DNA of 64,000 bases from Fonticula alba ATCC 38817 (Eukaryota > Protista > Nucleariida). Below are positions 12,382 through 24,524 of the stretch, in pieces. Position numbers and translations under genes: made by a program. Numbering within the stretch: position 1 is the stretch's first letter; each line of letters starts with the position of its first letter. The DNA lies in NCBI GenBank assembly GCA_000388065.2, contig KB932208.1, one strand, 5' to 3'. The notes under the pieces were generated by a model, which saw only the letters and a program-made list of their open reading frames with translations, searched no databases and was not told the origin of the DNA.

Positions 12382-12454
12382 TGCCTCGAACCAGGATTGA
12401 ACTGGTGACCTTGTGATCTTCAGTCACACGCTCTCCCAACTGAGCTATCGAGGC
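12382..12454 (-). tRNA. tRNA-Phe (GAA), copy 2, identical to copy 1
   Basis: Exact reverse complement of 6012-6084. Confidence 0.98.
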
Positions 12455-13200
12455 TTGATGTGAGGACCAGCTCGCGGTTAAGCTATATGTTTCACGTAGA
12501 TTCCCAACCGTTGGCACTCGCGCATCTTCCACATGGTTCCTTGCCTGGCTCGCCTCGCTCCCCTCGGGTCGGCTCGTGGCGCGCGCGCGTGCGGAACTCG
12601 CGGCATGCCTGGGATTTTGTGGCACCGCGCGGCCGGGTCCCCGGCCCCTGGGGCCCGCGGCAGATCCCCCTCTCTCCCCCTTCATTCCCCCCCCCCCNNN
12701 NNNNNNNNNNNNNNNNNNNNNNNNNNNNNNNNNNNNNNNNNNNNNNNNNNNNNNNNNNNNNNNNNNNNNNNNNNNNNNNNNNNNNNNNNNNNNNNNNNNN
12801 NNNNNNNNNNNNNNNNNNNNNNNNNNNNNNNNNNNNNNNNNNNNNNNNNNNNNNNNNNNNNNNNNNNNNNNNNNNNNNNNNNNNNNNNNNNNNNNNNNNN
12901 NNNNNNNNNNNNNNNNNNNNNNNNNNNNNNNNNNNNNNNNNNNNNNNNNNNNNNNNNNNNNNNNNNNNNNNNNNNNNNNNNNNNNNNNNNNNNNNNNNNN
13001 NNNNNNNNNNNNNNNNNNNNNNNNNNNNNNNNNNNNNNNNNNNNNNNNNNNNNNNNNNNNNNNNNNNNNNNNNNNNNNNNNNNNNNNNNNNNNNNNNNNN
13101 NNNNNNNNNNNNNNNNNNNNNNNNNNNNNNNNNNNNNNNNNNNNNNNNNNNNNNNNNNNNNNNNNNNNNNNNNNNNNNNNNNNNNNNNNNNNNNNNNNNN

Positions 13201-15327
13201 CCAGCGCGGTCGCCCCCAGAAGAAGGGCGGCAACAAAACCGCCAAGAAGAAGCGCGTCAACCCCAACAAGATCATCGACGATGGGTCCGGCAACGCGGTC
13301 GACACGTCGGTCCCCCGGTCCTTCGTCATCTCCATGGGCAAGGTGACCTCCACCGTGCGGGAGCTGATCGCCGACTTCCGGAGTGTCATGGAGCCGAACA
13401 CGGCCGCCCGGCTGCGCGAGCTCCGGCGCAATACTCTCAAGGACTTTGCCAATGTCGCCGGTCCGATGGGTGTCTCGCACACGGTGGTTTTCACGCAGAC
13501 CAACGTCGGTGTGAACATGCGGATTGGCCGCATGCCGCGCGGGCCGACCCTGCACTTCCGTGTGCTGCGCTACGCCACCCTCGGCGACATCACCCGCTCG
13601 CAGGCCAAGCCCCGGTCCATGGTTACCGAGCTGAAGACCGCGCCCCTGGTCATCCTGAACAACATGAACGCCGATGACTCGCCCAACGCCTCGGAGAAGG
13701 ACAAGATGACGGCCCTCATGCTGCGCAACATGTTCCCCGCCGTGGACGTGGAGACGGTGCGACATGCTGCCTTTCCCCGGCCCTGTGCCTTGGCCCCCCC
13801 CCCCCTCCCCCCCTCTCGCTGCTCTCCTCCCATGCACATTGGTGCCCCGGCTAACTTTACCTCCGGGCTGGCCCGGCTTTGCCCTCGCCTTTCCCCATCC
13901 CACGCAGATCCGCCTGACGGATGCCCGCCGTGTGGTTCTCTTCAACTACAATGATGACACCGATACCATCGACATGCGCCAGTACCTCATCACCATGGGC
14001 TACGTTGGCCTGTCGAAGAAGTGCGCGCCCCTCTGGCTCTTTTGTCTCCTCTCCCCTGGTTCCCTGCCTCGGGCGGGGCGTTGCTGGGGCCCCCTCGACT
14101 GACCTCCTTTTGCCGCAGCATTCGTCGCCTGGTGCAGACTCGCATCCCGGATCTCAGCAAGCTCGAGGACATCAGTGAGCATATCCTCCGGTGTGTTGAC
14201 CTTTGCCCGCCCTTCCCTTGCCGCTTCTGTTCCTCCCCCCCCCCCCCCGCGGCAGCTGACGATGTGGCCCGGCGCCCTACTGACCCCCGTCTCCCCCTTT
14301 CCCACTTCGCACGGCCCACAGTGATGGCGGCATGACCTCGGACAGTGAGTTCGAGGATACCCTCAACACCGACAATCATGTCACCCTCTCGCAGAACTAC
14401 ATCGGCCGGTGTGTACAGAGGATCTCGACCTGCCTCCCCCGCTCACTTCCACCCTCTGACCTATCTCCCTCCCTCCCTCTCTCTCTCTCTCTCTCCCCAC
14501 CCCCCGTATGTGGATGCACGCAGCAACCACACCGAGAACTCGCGCCGGTCCATCCGTCTGGCCGAGGTCGGCCCGCGGCTGGAGCTGCAGCTCCTCAAGA
14601 TCCAGCAGGGCTTCTGCGACGGCGAGGTCCTTTACCACAGCTACAGTGCGTTTGCCCGTCTTCCCCCTCCCTCCCTCCCTTCTTTCCTCCTCTCCCCCTC
14701 CAATGTCCCTTTCAAAAGCTGACCCCCCTTTGCCGGACCCGATCGCCCTATCCCCTCCTGCGATCTCCCACAGTCAAGCGCACTGCCGAGGAAATTGCCG
14801 CCAAGAAGCTGGAGCGCGAGCGCCGTGCCAGCCTCAAGGCCCAGCGTCGTCTCGAGCAGGAGCAGAACGTCCAGAAGAAGCAGCAGAAGATGGAGGAGCT
14901 GCGTGCCCGCCAGCGGGAGATTCACGAGGCCAAGTATGGTGCCCTGCGCAAGGCGGCCCAAGAGGAGGATGCCGATGTGGAGGACGACAGCAGCGACTCC
15001 GATTCCGAGGGCGGCCACGCCCAGCGCCCGAAGTTTGTCTCCGGCGCCGGTGCCTCCGACAGTGAGGCCGACGGGGACTTCGATGATGATGACGACGACG
15101 ACGATGATGATGATGACTTTGACTCGGATGACGAGGCCGACGACGATGCCACCATCCGGGGGTATGTCAACAACTCCGACGATGAGGAGGTCTCGGAGGA
15201 CGACTCCGACGCCGAGGAGGAGGCCGCCGGCACCGCCGACGAGGATGATGATGATGATGATGATGAGGAGGAGGAGGAGGAGGATGAGGCCCCTCCTCAG
15301 CCGACCAAGCGCGCCAAGCACAAGTAG
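13201..15327 (+). CDS. PPAN: Brix-domain 60S biogenesis factor Peter Pan/Ssf1; the 5' end is lost in the N gap
   Basis: Motifs VPRSFVISMGKV, DFRSVMEPNTAARLRE, RMPRGPTLHFRVLRY and IRLAEVGPRLELQLLKIQQGFCDGEVLYHSY, then an acidic tail ending KRAKHK*. Five introns are in phase. Confidence 0.95.
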
Positions 15328-16835
15328 AGTGAGGCGCCCGGCTCTTCTCCCCGCCCATCCATGTGTTCCCCTGCCTCTTGACCGATCGGACGGGAGGGCG
15401 AGAGAGCTGGTGAGAGGGCAAAAAGGGAAAGAAAAAACATGCGAGAAAAAAAAAGAAGAAGAAAAGGACCACGGTGCATATGGTCCACCCTTCGCGCTCC
15501 TCTCTCCTGCGCGTTCTCCCCCTCCCACTTTGTCTCTTATTTTTCCGCCACTTTGCCTCCGTTCGCGGCCTTTCCCTCCTCCCACTCCCCGGCCTGCTCT
15601 CCCCTCTCGTCGAGACTGTGGAGCGGGGGGGGAGGGAGGGGGGGGGGGCCGGTAGCCGACTGCGCGCGCACGCCAGCAAGGTCCGCGGCTTCTTGTGAAA
15701 CCCGAATAGAACCAAACGCCCCATCACGCGGCCTGCTCACATGGCTGGGGCACATGACATGGCCGGGCTCCCCACGCATGCCGGTTGCCCTTTCACACGC
15801 CGCCGCAGGTTGGTATGTGAAACGCTGTTGGCCGGATGCCGGCGGATGTGCCGGAGGCCATGGCTCCCTCTGGAGAGGGGAGGCGGCACGGCCGCCTGGC
15901 CCCGCGCGCCTCGCCGCTGGCTTCGTGCGTAGGTCCGGCCCCTATTCCGAGCACCGGGCCGAGATCGCTGCCCCTCCCTGAGGGCCGGGCCGGGGGGGGG
16001 GGGGGGGGGAGCCGTGGTGAGGGGGGCGTCGCGAGCAAGCCCACGGTGGTCGAGCTTCGCCGCCCCGGGGGCCAGCGGGGAGCATCTCCCTCTGGATTGG
16101 GATCCACCGCCGCAGCGGAGCATGTCGCGCGGCCGGGAGGGGAGCTCTCTGGCGGTCCGGTGCCCAGGCGGAAGCATTTGCGAGCGGCGCGCTCCCCACG
16201 CGCCAACCGGCGGGCTGCCATCTGCAACCGGCATGCCGGCCGGCGGCCGACCGGCGAGGAGGCGATAGTGCCGGATGCGGCCGTTCGCCGGTCGGCCGGC
16301 CGGCCGGCCGACCGACCGCCTCTGCCGCGGTGGTGCGGGGGAATTCCTGCCTTGGCCCGGGGATGGGGGGGCCGAGGAGCGCGCGTGTGCCCGTTTGCCG
16401 GGGCCCGCCGCGAGTGGGCCCCGCGCATGTGCACGATCGCGCAGGATTTTTTTTTTCCGCCCAATGGGCCTAATTAAATCCCGCTTTCGGCGGTCTTTTT
16501 GTTCCGACCGCCGCCGACCCGGGCTGTGGGTGCCCCGGTCCGAGACCCTTTGCGCTCCGGGCACATGCAAGTGTGCGTGCGCGACATCGCGACCGGCCGG
16601 CCGTGCCGGCCCGATGCCGCGCCGGCCCTCTCCTGCTTCCTTGGCCGTGTACCCGTCGGACGCCCTCGCCCTGCCCGAGGCAGTTGGCTCGATCCATTCC
16701 CCCCCCCCCCCTGGAGGCCAAGCCGCCGGGGGGGGGGGGGGAGGGGGGGGGGGGGGGGGGCGGGGGAGAAAGAGAGAGCATGAACTTAAAACCCGGCACG
16801 GTGCCGTCGCGGTGCCTGGGCTGCCCTGCCCCCCT

Positions 16836-16873
<38 letters not shown>

Positions 16874-17565
16874 GCCTCCCGCCTCTTTGTCGCCTGCCCC
16901 CGCTCCCCCTTCAGCATCCCATCCTACGCACGCGAGCAAGCACCCTTTTGGTAAGCTCCCCCTCCCTTCCCCCTCTCGTCATCGCCTTTCCGCTGCGCTC
17001 TGCTGCACTTCCTTGCGTGTGCTGCCTATGACCGCTGACTTTCTCTCGCCCTCCCCCCCTCCTGCCTTGCCTCGATTCTCCGGCCCGCTCGCCGCTTGCC
17101 GTTTGCTACTTCCCTCTCGGCAGCTGGTCGCCAATCCACTTTCGTCCTTCTCTGTGCGTTTCTCCCCTCCTCCCCTCCTCCTCTCCTCCTCTCCTCCCCT
17201 TCTTGTCCGACTTGTCGGCCTTCCGCTCGCTTGCGGCCCACGCCGGGGCCGATCTTGCGTGCTGTTTTTTTTCCGAGACATTTTAAGCACGCCTTGGAGG
17301 GGGCCGGGGCCGGGGTCGGTGAATTTGCTGTCAGTGCTTTTGGTACCACACGTGATCCTGCCGACGAATAGTCGCCGCCCCTTCTCAGCGGCACCTGCCC
17401 TGGCTGGATGCGCGGTCGATCCCGGCTCCCCCCCTCTCGCTCCTGTGAAGCACCTCATGCAACTGGTTTTTTTTCCTGGCTCCCTCCGGTCGCGTGTGTG
17501 TGTGTGTGTGTGTGTTGTGTGGCGGCCGGGGCCGGGGTACCCGAGTGGGGGTGCTACGCAGGGGG

Positions 17566-17597
<32 letters not shown>

Positions 17598-17796
17598 TGC
17601 GGTACTCTCCCTGCTGGGGCATGCCGCGGTCTTCCGGCCAGATCTGCCGCACAAGCGGCGGGGCGACACATGAATCCCACCATGCTTTCCGGCGGCCCCA
17701 TCCTCAGCCTGATCATCCCCCCTCCCCCCCCCCCCCCCCTCCTCCCTATCTCCCTCCCTCCCCCTGTCCCCCTCTCACCCCCTCCTCCACACCACC

Positions 17797-20700
17797 ATGA
17801 CCACGGCCCCCCCGGCAGACCCCCCGACGAAGCAGCACCAGCCGTCGCAGCCACCGTCGCCGCAGCCGCCGGCTTCCCCATCCGCCACGATAGCCGCTCC
17901 AACTCCCGGTGGCCCGACCCCTCCCCAGTCGACTGGTACATGGTCACCAAGCTGCCACCTCTTTCTGCCCCTCTTTCCGCCCCCCTCCCCATCACCCCCC
18001 GCCTTTGGGCCTTCGCCTCTCTCGGCACCGGCTGACCCCGTTGATTTGTGCAGACATGCCGCCCGCCGATTCGGGACCCGCCTCTGAAGCCCCGGTCACT
18101 CCCATCAAGCAGCGCCGCGGAATGTCCCTCACCTCGGCCCTCACCCCGGCCAAGGAGGTCTTCGGCCCGGAGAGTGACACCCTGCTCCCGGTGTCCACCC
18201 CGGCCCCCGGAGCCGCGACCCCCGCGGCCACCGCCGCGACCCCCTCCCGGACTAACGTCAACTCCCCGACACGTGAAGGTGTGTCTCTTGCCCCTCGCGC
18301 ATTCCCGCTCTCCTCGGCCTCTCTTTCTCCCCCCCCCCCCTCCCTCGGCCTCTTCCGCTGCCTGTGCCTGACTCCCCTTTTGCCCCCCCCCCCCTGCCAC
18401 GTAGCTGTCAAGAGCTTCTTCAAGCTCGGTGGCAAGGCCGCCCCGGTGGCCGAGCTGCCCCCTGCCCCGCCGGCCGGCCGGTCGGCAGCCGAGCTCCAGG
18501 TGGAGAACGCCCAGCTTCGCGAGCGCCTGGATGATTTCGAAAATTCGCAGATGCTCCTGCAGGAGCAGAGCACCATCCTCAAGACGGAGATTCGCGACCA
18601 CGGCCGGCGCACGGCGCAGCTCGAGCAGACCATCACCCAGCTGGGCAATGAGAAGAAGCAGGCTCAGGCCGAGCTGGCCCGGCTGAATGCCCGGCTCGAT
18701 TCCTCCGGGCAGCTGCTCAATGCCTCGGCCGAGCGCATCAAGACCCTGGAGGCGGCCCTGGCCACGGCCGAGGAGCGCCACCGGAAGCTGTCCCATCGCG
18801 AGGCCGAGCTCCAAGGCCGGCTGACCCAGCTGCAGGGGGACTTCTCGCAGCGTGAGGAGCAGCTCCGCCGGCAGCTCCGCGGTGTGGAGGGTACGCATGC
18901 ATCCCTGTGCCATCCATCTTTCGCCCGCCCCATGTGGTGCCCCGGCCTCCGTGGCTGACCTGCCCCGTCGGCGCTCTCCCCCTCTGCCGGATCCAGACAC
19001 CTCGGTCAAGTCCCGCGTCGAGACCTCGCACATGGAGTCCACCATTGCATCGCTGCGGGAGCAGCTGCGCGAGGCTCAGGCGGCGGCGGCCGCGGCGGCC
19101 GTGGCCGCCACCGGCTCCGATGCCGCCCCCGACGCCGCCGAGGCACTTGCCGCCCTGCAGAAGCAGCTGGCCGAGACCCGCGTCGCCTGCGACCAGGCTC
19201 GCGACGAGCGCGACCTCGTGTCCTCGGAATTGGCCACCCTTCGCGCTCAGCGCGACCAGCTGGAGGATGAGCTGGCCACCCAGCGCCAGCGGATCCACGA
19301 CCTGGAGGCGCGCCTGGACGCGGCCGAGGCCCAGCTGACCTCCTCCACATTGGAGGCCACCCAGACCAAGGGCGAGCTGGAGCGTCGCTCCGAGACCATG
19401 CAGGCCGACCTGCGCCAGCTGGAGCGCCAGAACACCACCCTGACCAGTGACCTTGCCACGGTCAACAAGCAGCTGGAGTCCACGCGCGAGGAGCTGGCCA
19501 CCGCGACCGGCGAGCTGGCCGACAAGTCGCGCGAGTGCGACCAGCTGCTGGCGCATTTGGAGCGTGCTCGTGCCGATCTCGAGTCGCAGGCCGAGACCGG
19601 GTCCTCGAGCCAGGAGCGCCTGCGCGCCGAGCTGGCCGAGGCCGAGGCCGAGCTGGCCCAGCTGCAGGGCCGCATGGATGCCGGCGCCGCCGAGGCCGCG
19701 GACCTTCGCCAGGAGATCGGCACTTTGGAGGCCCGGGCCGGCGAGCTGACCGAGCGCCTGGCTGCCGAGGAGGCCGCTCGCCGCCAGGCCGAGGAAGCTC
19801 TGGCCACCAGCGAAAAGCTCCTCGAAACGGCCGAGGCCGAGCGGGTCGCTCTGGATGAGAGTGTGGCCCAGTTGACCGCCGCCCGGGCCGGCCTCCAGCA
19901 GGAGAAGGACACCCTGGCCGAGAAGCTGGCCGCCGCCGAGGCGGCCACCCAGGAGGCTGCCGGCCATGTGGCCGATCTCCAAGCCAAGGAGGAGCGCCTT
20001 TGCGCGCAGATCCTCTCGCTGTCCACCGAGCTGGAGGCCTTCAATGGCCAGGTGCAGACCCTGAGTGGCGAGGCCGACGAGCTGCGCCAGCAGGTGGCCA
20101 CGCTGGAGGGTCGCCTGGCTGAGGCCGAGGCGGATGCCGAGCGCCGCGCCGAGGCTCACGAGGCCGAGGTCGCCAAGCTCAACGCCCAGGTCAAGGCCCT
20201 GGAGGAGCAGGGCGGGCAGCTCCGCGCGGAGCTGACCACCGCCCGGGCCGAGATCGCCGGCTTGGAGGAGCAGGTGTCATCGCTGGCCCCGGAGGCGCAG
20301 CGTGTCCCGGGGCTGGTGGCCGAGTGCGACACGCTGACCACTCGTGTGGCCGATCTGACCCGGGACTTGGGCAGCATGACCGACGAGCGGGACGCCCTGG
20401 CCCCGGTGGCCGCGCGGGTGCCGGGCCTTGAGGCGGATTTGGCCGCGCTTGGGGCCCAGCTGACCGAGCGCGAGGCGCGCCTGGCCGAGGCGGCCACCCT
20501 TGCCGACGAGCAGGAGGCCCGCCTGGCCGAGGTGACCGGGCAGCTGGAGGCCGGGACCCGCCGCGCGCGCAAGCTCGAGAGCGACCTCGAGGCCGCGCGG
20601 GCCGGCGGCCGTGCCCTGAGCGCCGAGTGCGAGAAGCTCACCAAGGAGCGGGACTCCCTGGATGACGGGCTGCGGACCCTGCGCCGGCAGCATGATGAGG

Positions 20701-21458
20701 AGGTTCTCCGGACGGCGCAGCTCCGGGACGACCTCCAGGCCATGACTGCCCAGCTGGAGGCCACCCAGTCGGAGTTCCGGGCCAAGGAGCGCCGGCGGAC
20801 GATGCTCATCCGCGATCTGCAGCAGCAGCTGGCGCAGGAGCACAACCGCCGCGGGCAGCCGACCCACTTGCCGGACTACACGCGGAGCCTGGCCGTGAAC
20901 CTGGCCTCCAAGTCGCCCTTCGGCACCGGGACCGGGGGCGGGTCGTCGTCGTCGCGGTCCTCCTCGCGCACTGCCTCGGCGGCCCCGTCGCCCGAGCCGG
21001 CCGATGCGGCTCTCTCGCCGGAGGAGATCCATCAGATTGCCACGGAGAATGCGCTGCTGCTGGGCCGCATTGCCGACCTCCAGGAGGCCCAGTGGCGTGC
21101 GGATGACGAGCTGTCGCTCCTGCGTGACCGGGTCACCACGGCTGAGAAGTCCCTCATCGCCAAGACCGCCATCATTCGCCGGTACACCGGCGCCGAGACC
21201 CTGGACCTTTCCCCGAAGCCGGGCACCAGCACCACCAACCAGCTGCAGCAGCAGACTCGCGCCTCGCCGCAGGACTACCGGCTGGCCGTCGAGGCGAATG
21301 TCCGGCTGCAGGCCATCCTGGAGGATGTCATGATGCAGAACCAGGCCCTCCAGCGGAGCTTGGACCAGTTCACCAAGAAGGAGGCCGCCGGGCAGCCGGC
21401 CACGCCCCTGCGCACGTCGACCTCCAACCACGGTCCCTTCACGCCGAAGGCCAAGTAA
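17797..21458 (+). CDS. Long coiled-coil protein with a CCDC186/GRIPAP1-like C-terminus (4 exons)
   Basis: Four exons join in phase. About 700 aa of heptad-rich E/A/L/Q/R sequence is followed by LIRDLQQQL..LLGRIADLQEAQW..KTAIIRRY..NVRLQAILEDVMMQNQAL, which resembles my recollection of the CCDC186/GRIPAP1 C-terminal blocks. Confidence 0.7.
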
Positions 21459-22287
21459 GGGGCCAGCATGAGGTGAGAGAGGGAGAGAGGGGGGGGGGGG
21501 GGGGGGGGGGAAGGAAAGAGGGGGGAAATGGGACGCGGCATTCCGGGAATGGTTGCCCTTCCTCCATGCGCGTGCTCCGCCTCTGCCCTCGGCCTTTTCT
21601 TGTGTCCGTGTCCCTCCCCCGCCAAGATGTCTCCCCGCGACTTGTCGCCCTTCCTGCGTCTCTCCTTCTCGGCCTCCATGGGCGCATCCGGCCCATGGTG
21701 ACTGGCCCCTCCTCCAGGTGCATGTGCTTGTTGCCTGCCTCTCCTCCCCTGCCCCCTTCCGCCAAATGTGCCCTTGTGCGTGCGTGACAGTGCAATCGCC
21801 CACGCCGGCCACGCCGACCACAGCCCCAGGCAAACCCCCACAAATGACCCCACAAGCAAGAACTTCAATACACCTTGTCCTTGTCCCGGTTCAGTTGGCA
21901 CTTCTCGATGGCCGGGGGCTGGTCCTTTGACCGGGGTTGATTGCTCCGCCCCAGGGGGGGGGGGGGTGTATGTGTGTGTGTGCGCTGCCGGGGCGTTTGT
22001 CATGCCGCGGGCGGGCCTCTGCCCAGGGAGCCGTGGGCGATCGTCCGCATTTTTCCCTTGATGCCCACAACACATGTTCCTGGCGTCCCGCTGCTCCCCC
22101 GTCCCCGGCGGAAGGTCGACCGTGCAGGGTTTTGTGAGACTCCGGGCAGCCCCAATGCTGGCCTGCCCCCCACCCGTCATCACCCCCACCATCCTCGCCA
22201 TCCTCCTCCCCGCACACACACACACACACACACTTGCTCCCCGGCCACCTCCCACAGACGCCTCCTGTGCACGCCCACACACCCATC

Positions 22288-22834
22288 ATGCTTTCCCTCC
22301 GACTGTTGTCTCGCGCTGCCGCCGCTTCCTCCCCGGTCCGCGGGGCTCGCCCCCTCGCCTTGTGCGTGCTCCACCCGGTGCAGTGGTGTCCCGGCAAGCA
22401 TGGCCACTGACCCCGCTTTCCCCCTCCTCCCCTCTGCTTTGGTCGCGTCCATCGCCCAAATGATGGCCACAGTGTACGTGTCTCCTCTCAGGGGGGGGCC
22501 TCTTTTGGATGCCGCTCTCGCGGGCTTCGGCCGGAACTTCTCTCCCCCCCCCCCCCCCCCAACTGACCGCGGCATTCCGCTCGACACCCCTCCCGCCTCC
22601 TGCCCACAGTACTCCACCACCCCCACCGAGCCCAAGGAGACCCCCGACACGGAGGACGAGCCCCCGACCATGACCGTCGAGCAGCTGGCCAAGTCCTCCC
22701 CCACCCCGACCCAGAACCTGCCATCCTACCCGGGCGGGCAGAACCCCATCACCGGGGAGGTCGGCGGCCCGAAGGGCGCCGAGCCCACCCGGTTCGGAGA
22801 TTGGGAGCGCGGCGGCCGTGCCGTGGACTTCTGA
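22288..22834 (+). CDS. SDHAF4: Succinate dehydrogenase assembly factor 4 (Sdh8/DUF1674) with a mitochondrial presequence
   Basis: The C-terminus NPITGEVGGPKGAEPTRFGDWERGGRAVDF* is the family signature. The N-terminus MLSLRLLSRAAAASSPVRGARPLA is presequence-like. Preferred model: exons 22288-22361, 22473 and 22610-22834. Confidence 0.92.
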
Positions 22835-23389
22835 GTGGATCACGTGCGACGGAGATCACCTCGCGCGCGCCACATGCCGGGCCGGTTGTTTACGCGCCAC
22901 CAAGGCCTCCCTGGCCGGGGCGCGTCCATGCCCGAAACAGAAAATATACACAGCACACACGTTGCCTTCGCCTCCTTCCGCGTTCCCCCTCTCCCGGCTG
23001 CGGGTGTGGTTTTCTCCGTCGGCGCGGGCCCGGCGCAGGTCACTCGGTGGTCTTCAATGCTTCTGGAAGGGACCCGGCATGTGGACATGCGGGACTGCCA
23101 ATGGAGCTCCTGGGAACGTGTCTCGCCGGCCAGGGGTGTTGGAGGGACTGGGGGGGGGGGTCCTGAGCCCGGACACCCCTCCGGCCGAAGGGTGGCAGAC
23201 AGCGGCCGGGGGGTGCGAGGGGCAATCTTCGGGCGGCGCCGCAGCGGGGATCCGCCGGGCGGGATCCCCCCATCCCCCGCCTCCTTGGTTCTGGTCCCCC
23301 CCCCTCTTGAACCTTTCCTCTCCCCCTCTCTCCCCTCTCCCCTCTCCCCTCTCCCCTCTCCCTCCTCCAATTGCCGCCCCTTTGTTGCC

Positions 23390-24184
23390 ATGACTCACCC
23401 GAGCGGCGCCGACACCTCTCCGGACACTGAGCCGACCATCGCCGAGCAGAATGCCCGGATCCTGCGCGAGCGCCTCAGCCACCTGCGCCGCAAGAGCGAT
23501 CGCATGGACGGCGCCGACGGGAATGCCGTCTCCATGGACGAGATCAACCGCATGAGCAATGAGGAGCTCGGCTTCGAGCGTGCCACGCACTCGGCCCCGG
23601 AGCAGATCGGCACCTTCCGCCGGCTGTGGAACGGCTTCAAGGCTGACCCGCTTCCTCCGACCGGCGTCATGTGCGTCTGCCTTTCTCCTCCCCTCCTCCG
23701 CACGACCTGCGTCTGGTTTCTTTTTTTTTTCTTTCCCTCCCACCACCGCTGCCTCCCTGCTGACTCTCGCTCTTCCTCCCCCGCCCCCCCCCCCCCCCCC
23801 CCCCCCCCCGTGTACAGTGTTTCCCTGGGGATTGTCTTCGCCGGGCTCATTTCCAGTGCCAATGGCAATGTCTTCCGCTCGAACTTGCTGATGCGCGCCC
23901 GCATGGGTGTCCACATCCTCACCGTGTCCTACATCAGCTACCGCATGTATGGGTTCCAGGAGCGCATGATCCGCGAGCAGGCCGTCGATGCCTTCACCCA
24001 GGCTGGGATGCTGGACCAGTATCCCAACTACACCACCCTGCAGTTGATGATGCTGCGCGTGCCGCCCGAGGTCCGGGAGATCATGTCCCCGGCCCCGCTG
24101 GAGCCGGTCCAGCGCACGTCCACCGCCGCGGCCTTTACCCAGTACATTCGGAACCTGAATGCCGACGAGCAGGAGAGCGAGTGA
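23390..24184 (+). CDS. HIG1-domain respiratory supercomplex factor (Rcf1/HIGD-like), 2 exons
   Basis: After removing intron 23671-23817 the protein reads FKADPLPPTGVIVSLGIVFAGLISSANGNVFRSNLLMRARMGVHILTV. This matches the HIG1 pattern (FxxxPLVPxG..SxxxMRxR). Confidence 0.8.
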   Translation: MTHPSGADTSPDTEPTIAEQNARILRERLSHLRRKSDRMDGADGNAVSMDEINRMSNEELGFERATHSAPEQIGTFRRLWNGFKADPLPPTGVMCVCLSPPLLRTTCVWFLFFFFPSHHRCLPADSRSSSPAPPPPPPPPVYSVSLGIVFAGLISSANGNVFRSNLLMRARMGVHILTVSYISYRMYGFQERMIREQAVDAFTQAGMLDQYPNYTTLQLMMLRVPPEVREIMSPAPLEPVQRTSTAAAFTQYIRNLNADEQESE

Positions 24185-24524
24185 ACTCTCTGCTGTGCAC
24201 ATGCGGCTCTTTGGGCTGTTGCCTTTCTTCACCCCCCCCCCCCCCTCCCCCGGCTCCCCGGCTTCTCTCAATCACATGGACGTCGCTGCTCCGCCCGTAT
24301 TCTGCCTTCCTCTCACCCCCGAATAGACCGAGCTGCCCTTTGCTTCCTCTCCCTCCCTCCTGCGCCCTGGCCATCGCCCTCTTGCCATTTGCATGATCTC
24401 CCCCCTGGTCCCCTTGGCCATTGTGTCGCCTCCAAATGAGCCCGTGTCCTCCCGGGGAGGATGCGATGACCGCGATGGCGACTCGTGCCAGGGGGGATGC
24501 TGGTTCTATTATTCTTTTTTCCCC

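Noticed and set aside
14990-15300. (GAT/GAC/GAG)n triplet runs in PPAN and (TCC)n in the scramblase gene
   Set aside because: These are ordinary coding low-complexity tracts (acidic tail, poly-Ser).
15330-17790. Long ORFs upstream of the coiled-coil gene (16275-18035 and 15737-16939)
   Set aside because: They are low-complexity P/G/R translations that run through homopolymers and microsatellites, with no motif and no consistent exon chain.
18738-21833. Long antisense ORFs (for example 18738-20159, 20277-21833, 4179-5795, 9733-10647)
   Set aside because: These are shadow ORFs opposite GC3-rich real genes and have no independent motifs.
22832-23392. The frame stays open from the SDH8 TGA through 185 codons into RCF1, suggesting a readthrough fusion
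   Set aside because: The stop context TGA-GTG is not a known leaky context, and the Sdh8 C-terminal DF is normally terminal. The linker translation looks non-coding, and long stop-free frames are common at this GC content.
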